Assembly: GCA_017553685.1 (NCBI GenBank)
Contig: JAFZKH010000009.1
Coordinates: forward strand, 36,945 to 100,944
Source: Bacilli bacterium
Lineage (GTDB): Bacteria; Bacillota_I; Bacilli_A; RF39; UBA660
Direction: 5' to 3'
DNA: 64,000 nucleotides
Under the pieces are notes generated by a model. The model was not told the DNA's origin. It worked only from the letters and a program-made list of their open reading frames with translations, and searched no databases. The translations under genes and the position numbers were made by a program. Below are positions 60,138-64,000 of this stretch, in pieces; position 1 is the stretch's first letter; each line of letters starts with the position of its first letter.

Positions 60138-61685
60138 CTATTTGGCTTCTTCTATTGCTCTTGTTTCTCTAATAATAATTACTTTAATAGTACCAGGATA
60201 TTGAAGTTTTTCTTCAATTTCATCTTTAATAGTTCTAGCTAAAGTAACTGAACCAAGTTCATCTATCTTTTCTGGTTTAACAACTACTCTTAGTTCTCTA
60301 CCAGCTTGAACAGCATATGTTTTATCTATTCCATCATGAGAGTTAGCTATTTCTTCTAATTGCTCTAATCTCTTGATATAGTTTTCTAATGAATCATTTC
60401 TAGCACCAGGTCTACTTGAACTAATAGAGTCTGCTATTTGAACTAAAGCAGAAATAATACTAGTTTGAGCACAGTCTCCATGGTGAGACATAATTGCATT
60501 AAGTACTACTGGATCTTCTTTATATTTCTTTGCTAAATCAGCACCAATATCAACATGTGATCCTTCTACTTCAAAGTCTATTGCTTTACCAATATCATGA
60601 AGTAATCCTGCTCTTTTAGCAAGTGTAACATTTTCACCAATTTCACCAGCCATAATACCACAAAGGTTAGCTACTTCAATTGAATGTTGTAATACATTTT
60701 GACCATAACTTGTTCTATAATGAAGTCTACCAACAGTATAAACAAGTTCTGGATCCATAGTACCAAGTTTTAACTTGAATAAAGCTTCTTCACCTTTTTC
60801 TCTAATCTTAGTTTTGAAGTCTTCACAAGTTTTATCATATAGTTCTTCTATTCTTCCTGGATGGATTCTTCCATCTTTAATTAAAGCTTCTATTGTTACT
60901 TTTGCTATTTCTCTTCTAAGTGGATCAAATGATGAAATAACAATAGCTTCTGGAGTATCATCAATAATTAAATCTACACCAGTAACAGCTTCAATTGTTC
61001 TAATATTTCTACCTTCTCTACCAATTAATCTACCTTTCATTTCATCATTAGGTAAAGTAATTACTGATACAGTAGCTTCGTTAGTTACATCTGATGAAAA
61101 CTTTTCCATAGTAGATACTAATAGATCTTTTGCTTTTCTATCAACATCTAATTTAGCTTTGTTTTCTTCTTCTTTAATATAACTAGCTATTTCTTTAGAC
61201 ATAGTTTCTTTAACTTTGTCCATAATCATTTTCTTAGCATCTGATTTAGAAAGTCCTGAAACTTCTTCTAATCTTTGAAGTTCTTCTTTAACTATTTCAT
61301 TTGCTTTATCTTCCAATTTTTGAATTTCTTTTTGTCTTTGAATTAAACTATTTTCTTTGTCTGATAACATTTTTTCACGGTCTTGAAGTAATTGATCTCT
61401 TCTTTCAATACCATTTTCTCTTTGTTGTAATCTATCTTCTATTTCTTTTGCTTCTTCTTTTTTATCTTTTAGTTCTTGTTCAAATTCTTGTTTCATTCTA
61501 TGTTGTTCTTCTTTAAGTTCAAGAACTGCATCCCTTTTATATTTTTCAGCTTCTTTTTTAGCCTTATCAATTATTTTATCAGATTTTTTGTTATTAATTC
61601 TTGAGATTATAAAGCATATAACAGCTGTTATAACTGCTCCTATAAGTAACCCAATAATGGAAGAAATTAAAAATTCCTTATCCAT
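60138..61685 (-). CDS. rny: Ribonuclease Y
   Basis: N-terminal TM, coiled coil, KGRLIGREGRNI (KH), LLHDIGKA (HD). Confidence 0.97.
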   Translation of the reverse strand: MDKEFLISSIIGLLIGAVITAVICFIISRINNKKSDKIIDKAKKEAEKYKRDAVLELKEEQHRMKQEFEQELKDKKEEAKEIEDRLQQRENGIERRDQLLQDREKMLSDKENSLIQRQKEIQKLEDKANEIVKEELQRLEEVSGLSKSDAKKMIMDKVKETMSKEIASYIKEEENKAKLDVDRKAKDLLVSTMEKFSSDVTNEATVSVITLPNDEMKGRLIGREGRNIRTIEAVTGVDLIIDDTPEAIVISSFDPLRREIAKVTIEALIKDGRIHPGRIEELYDKTCEDFKTKIREKGEEALFKLKLGTMDPELVYTVGRLHYRTSYGQNVLQHSIEVANLCGIMAGEIGENVTLAKRAGLLHDIGKAIDFEVEGSHVDIGADLAKKYKEDPVVLNAIMSHHGDCAQTSIISALVQIADSISSSRPGARNDSLENYIKRLEQLEEIANSHDGIDKTYAVQAGRELRVVVKPEKIDELGSVTLARTIKDEIEEKLQYPGTIKVIIIRETRAIEEAK

Positions 61686-61775
61686 TTCTTTCTCCTTATA
61701 TATGGCACATAATTGTCCATACAATTATAGTATAAAATTATTTTTAAAGAATGTCAATGTAATAAAAAAGGAAGC

Positions 61776-63611
61776 CTATGCTTCCTCTTTTATATCAAAA
61801 TATTGTTCATACCAGATAATAAATGTATATATATTCCATACTTTTTTAAAGCAATCTGCTTTACCAGTTTTATGATTATCTAGTATCTTATTAATTCTTT
61901 TTACATTAAAGAATTTATGTGCTATTTCAGAATTAAATTTTTCTTTAATTTCATTATATAGATCATCTTCTTTAACCCATTCTCTAAGAGGAACAGGGAA
62001 TCCTAATTTCTTCTTTTTATAACTTTCATTTGGAATAACACTCTTAGCAGCTTCTCTTAATGCTATTTTAGTATTATTCTTATTAATTTTTAATCTATAT
62101 GGTAAAGTAGATGCTACTTTAAATACTTCAGTATCTAGGAAAGGCGTTCTAGCTTCTAAAGAGAACATCATAGTATTTCTATCTACTGCCATTAAAAAGT
62201 CATTTACTAACCATAAATAATAATCTATTATTTGTCTTTTTATAGTATTTGATTCATTTTTATAATCATCATAATATGGTTTAGTTATTTTTCTAGTACT
62301 AATTTGATTAGGTAGTTTAACTAGTTTTTTAGCTTCTTGGTCAGTAAATACTGCACCAGTACCAATAAAGTAGTTTTCTAGTTTTTGACCTCTTCTATAT
62401 AAGAAATTTAATTTAGGTATTGCTTGAATCCTATAATCACTTAAACATACACTAACAGCATGTCTAATAAAATATGGAATCTTATTATACCAAGCATGAT
62501 CAAAGTCTTCTCTAAATTCTATATATCCACAGAATAACTCATCTGCTCCTTCTCCTGAAGTAACAACTTTAACTTTATTTTCATGAGCTACTTTAGATAC
62601 AAAGTATAATGCAATAGCAGATGGATCTGCTAATGGTTCATCCATATAATACATTATCTTTGGGAATTCTTTTAAATATTCTTCTTTAGTAATTAAGTAA
62701 GATTTATTTTTAATACCTAATTTATTAGATAAATCTTCTGCATAACTAACTTCACTATATCTAGAATGTTTCTCTTCAAAAGCAGCTGTAAATGTCTTAT
62801 TTGGTTTAAATAATGAAACTATATATGATGAATCTACTCCTGAAGATAAGAAAGCTCCTACTTCTACATCTGCTATTTTATGATGTTCAACAGAATCTTT
62901 CATAGCAACTTTTAATTTTTCAATTATTTCTTCATCTGATTCATCAGTAGTACCAAATTCCATCTTAAAATATCTCTTAATAGTTATTTTTCCATTTTTA
63001 TATTTTAAATAATGGCCTGGTTTTAACTTGTATACACCTTTAAAAAATGATTCATCTGATGCTACAGAGTTAAAACATAAATAACTAGCAAGTATATCTC
63101 CATTAAATTCTTTCTTAAAATCTGGATGTGCTAAAAATGCTTTAATTTCAGATGCAAACATAAATGCTTTATCATTTTTATAATAATATAATGGTTTAAT
63201 TCCCCATTGATCTCTTGCAATATATAATTCTTTCTCTTTCTTATTATAAATAGCAAAAGCAAACATACCTCTTAAATGATTAACAACATCTATACCCCAT
63301 TCTTCAAAGCCTTTTAAAAGAACTTCAGTATCAGATTTTGTTTTAAACTTATATTTGCCTTTTAATTCATCTTTTAATTCAAGGTAATTATAAATTTCAC
63401 CGTTAAATATAATAACGTAATCTTTATCTTCAATAGGTTGTTTTCCAGTTTGTAAGTCTATGATAGAAAGTCTTCTATGACCTAAAGCAATATTATCATC
63501 AACATAAAACCCACAGTCATCTGGTCCTCTATGAACTAATTTATCAGTCATAGACTTAATGATATTATCTTTATTAATATTTCTATCTGAAAATCCTGCT
63601 ATTCCACACAT
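61776..63611 (-). CDS. asnB: Glutamine-hydrolysing asparagine synthase family amidotransferase
   Basis: MCGIAG, HRGPD, FNGEIYN, FLSSGVDSS, SGEGADE. Confidence 0.95.
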   Translation of the reverse strand: MCGIAGFSDRNINKDNIIKSMTDKLVHRGPDDCGFYVDDNIALGHRRLSIIDLQTGKQPIEDKDYVIIFNGEIYNYLELKDELKGKYKFKTKSDTEVLLKGFEEWGIDVVNHLRGMFAFAIYNKKEKELYIARDQWGIKPLYYYKNDKAFMFASEIKAFLAHPDFKKEFNGDILASYLCFNSVASDESFFKGVYKLKPGHYLKYKNGKITIKRYFKMEFGTTDESDEEIIEKLKVAMKDSVEHHKIADVEVGAFLSSGVDSSYIVSLFKPNKTFTAAFEEKHSRYSEVSYAEDLSNKLGIKNKSYLITKEEYLKEFPKIMYYMDEPLADPSAIALYFVSKVAHENKVKVVTSGEGADELFCGYIEFREDFDHAWYNKIPYFIRHAVSVCLSDYRIQAIPKLNFLYRRGQKLENYFIGTGAVFTDQEAKKLVKLPNQISTRKITKPYYDDYKNESNTIKRQIIDYYLWLVNDFLMAVDRNTMMFSLEARTPFLDTEVFKVASTLPYRLKINKNNTKIALREAAKSVIPNESYKKKKLGFPVPLREWVKEDDLYNEIKEKFNSEIAHKFFNVKRINKILDNHKTGKADCFKKVWNIYTFIIWYEQYFDIKEEA

Positions 63612-63683
63612 AAATACATCACCACATATTAAATATTATAGCTTAAATAAAACTTAAAAAGAAGACTTATGTCTTCTTTTTTT

Positions 63684-64000
63684 CTATTTTTTAATTTTTA
63701 AATCATGTTTCTCTCTTATTAGGTTTTCTAGTTCAGTACATAACTTTGGATTTTCTTTTAAAACTGCTTTAACAGTTTCTCTTCCTTGCCCAAGTTTTTC
63801 ACCTTTATATGCGTACCAAGAACCACTCTTTTCTAGAATTCCATCTTCTGTTGCAATATCTATTATTTCTCCTTCTTTACTAATACCAGTTCCATACATT
63901 ATTTCGATATTAGCTGATTTAAATGGAGGAGCCACCTTATTCTTAACAATTTTAACTTTAGTATAACTACCTACTATATTTTCACCCATCTTAATAGCTT
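63684..64000 (-). CDS. recA: RecA, 3' part (runs off window)
   Basis: [23 protein letters not shown]. Confidence 0.96.
   Translation of the reverse strand, partial: AIKMGENIVGSYTKVKIVKNKVAPPFKSANIEIMYGTGISKEGEIIDIATEDGILEKSGSWYAYKGEKLGQGRETVKAVLKENPKLCTELENLIREKHDLKIKK

Overview
AT-rich chromosomal segment of a low-GC Firmicute (class Bacilli). Gene order, compactness and gene content resemble uncultured RF39-like gut Bacilli (inference). The genetic code is standard. The backbone is housekeeping: ezrA (partial), rpsD, tyrS and gltX with T-boxes, trmB, murJ, scpAB, murE, addBA, rimP-nusA-ylxR-infB-rbfA, nrdDG, an Rrf2-sufCBD operon, helD, rny, asnB, recA (partial) and 13 tRNAs. A ~6.5 kb integrative mobilisable element (large serine recombinase, MOB_V relaxase, redox/hydrolase cargo) lies between tRNA-Gly and tRNA-Cys. 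The most intriguing locus is 42.2-43.9 kb. An MFS-like membrane protein is followed by two small paralogous single-pass membrane peptides missing from the ORF track (shared FLD[VI]xxP N-terminus), then a 4-TM protein with repeated E/N motifs. Near-identical terminators bracket this unit. Other points: a +1 G-run frameshift in a CoaE-like kinase, an in-frame TAA replacing the conserved Gln of the AddA nuclease motif, a Cys-less EIIB, an Arg-less sortase-like protein, an SftA-like motif protein without a motor, CRP-type and IscR-type operators, and stop codons repeatedly embedded in terminator hairpins. No CRISPR array or rRNA was seen.
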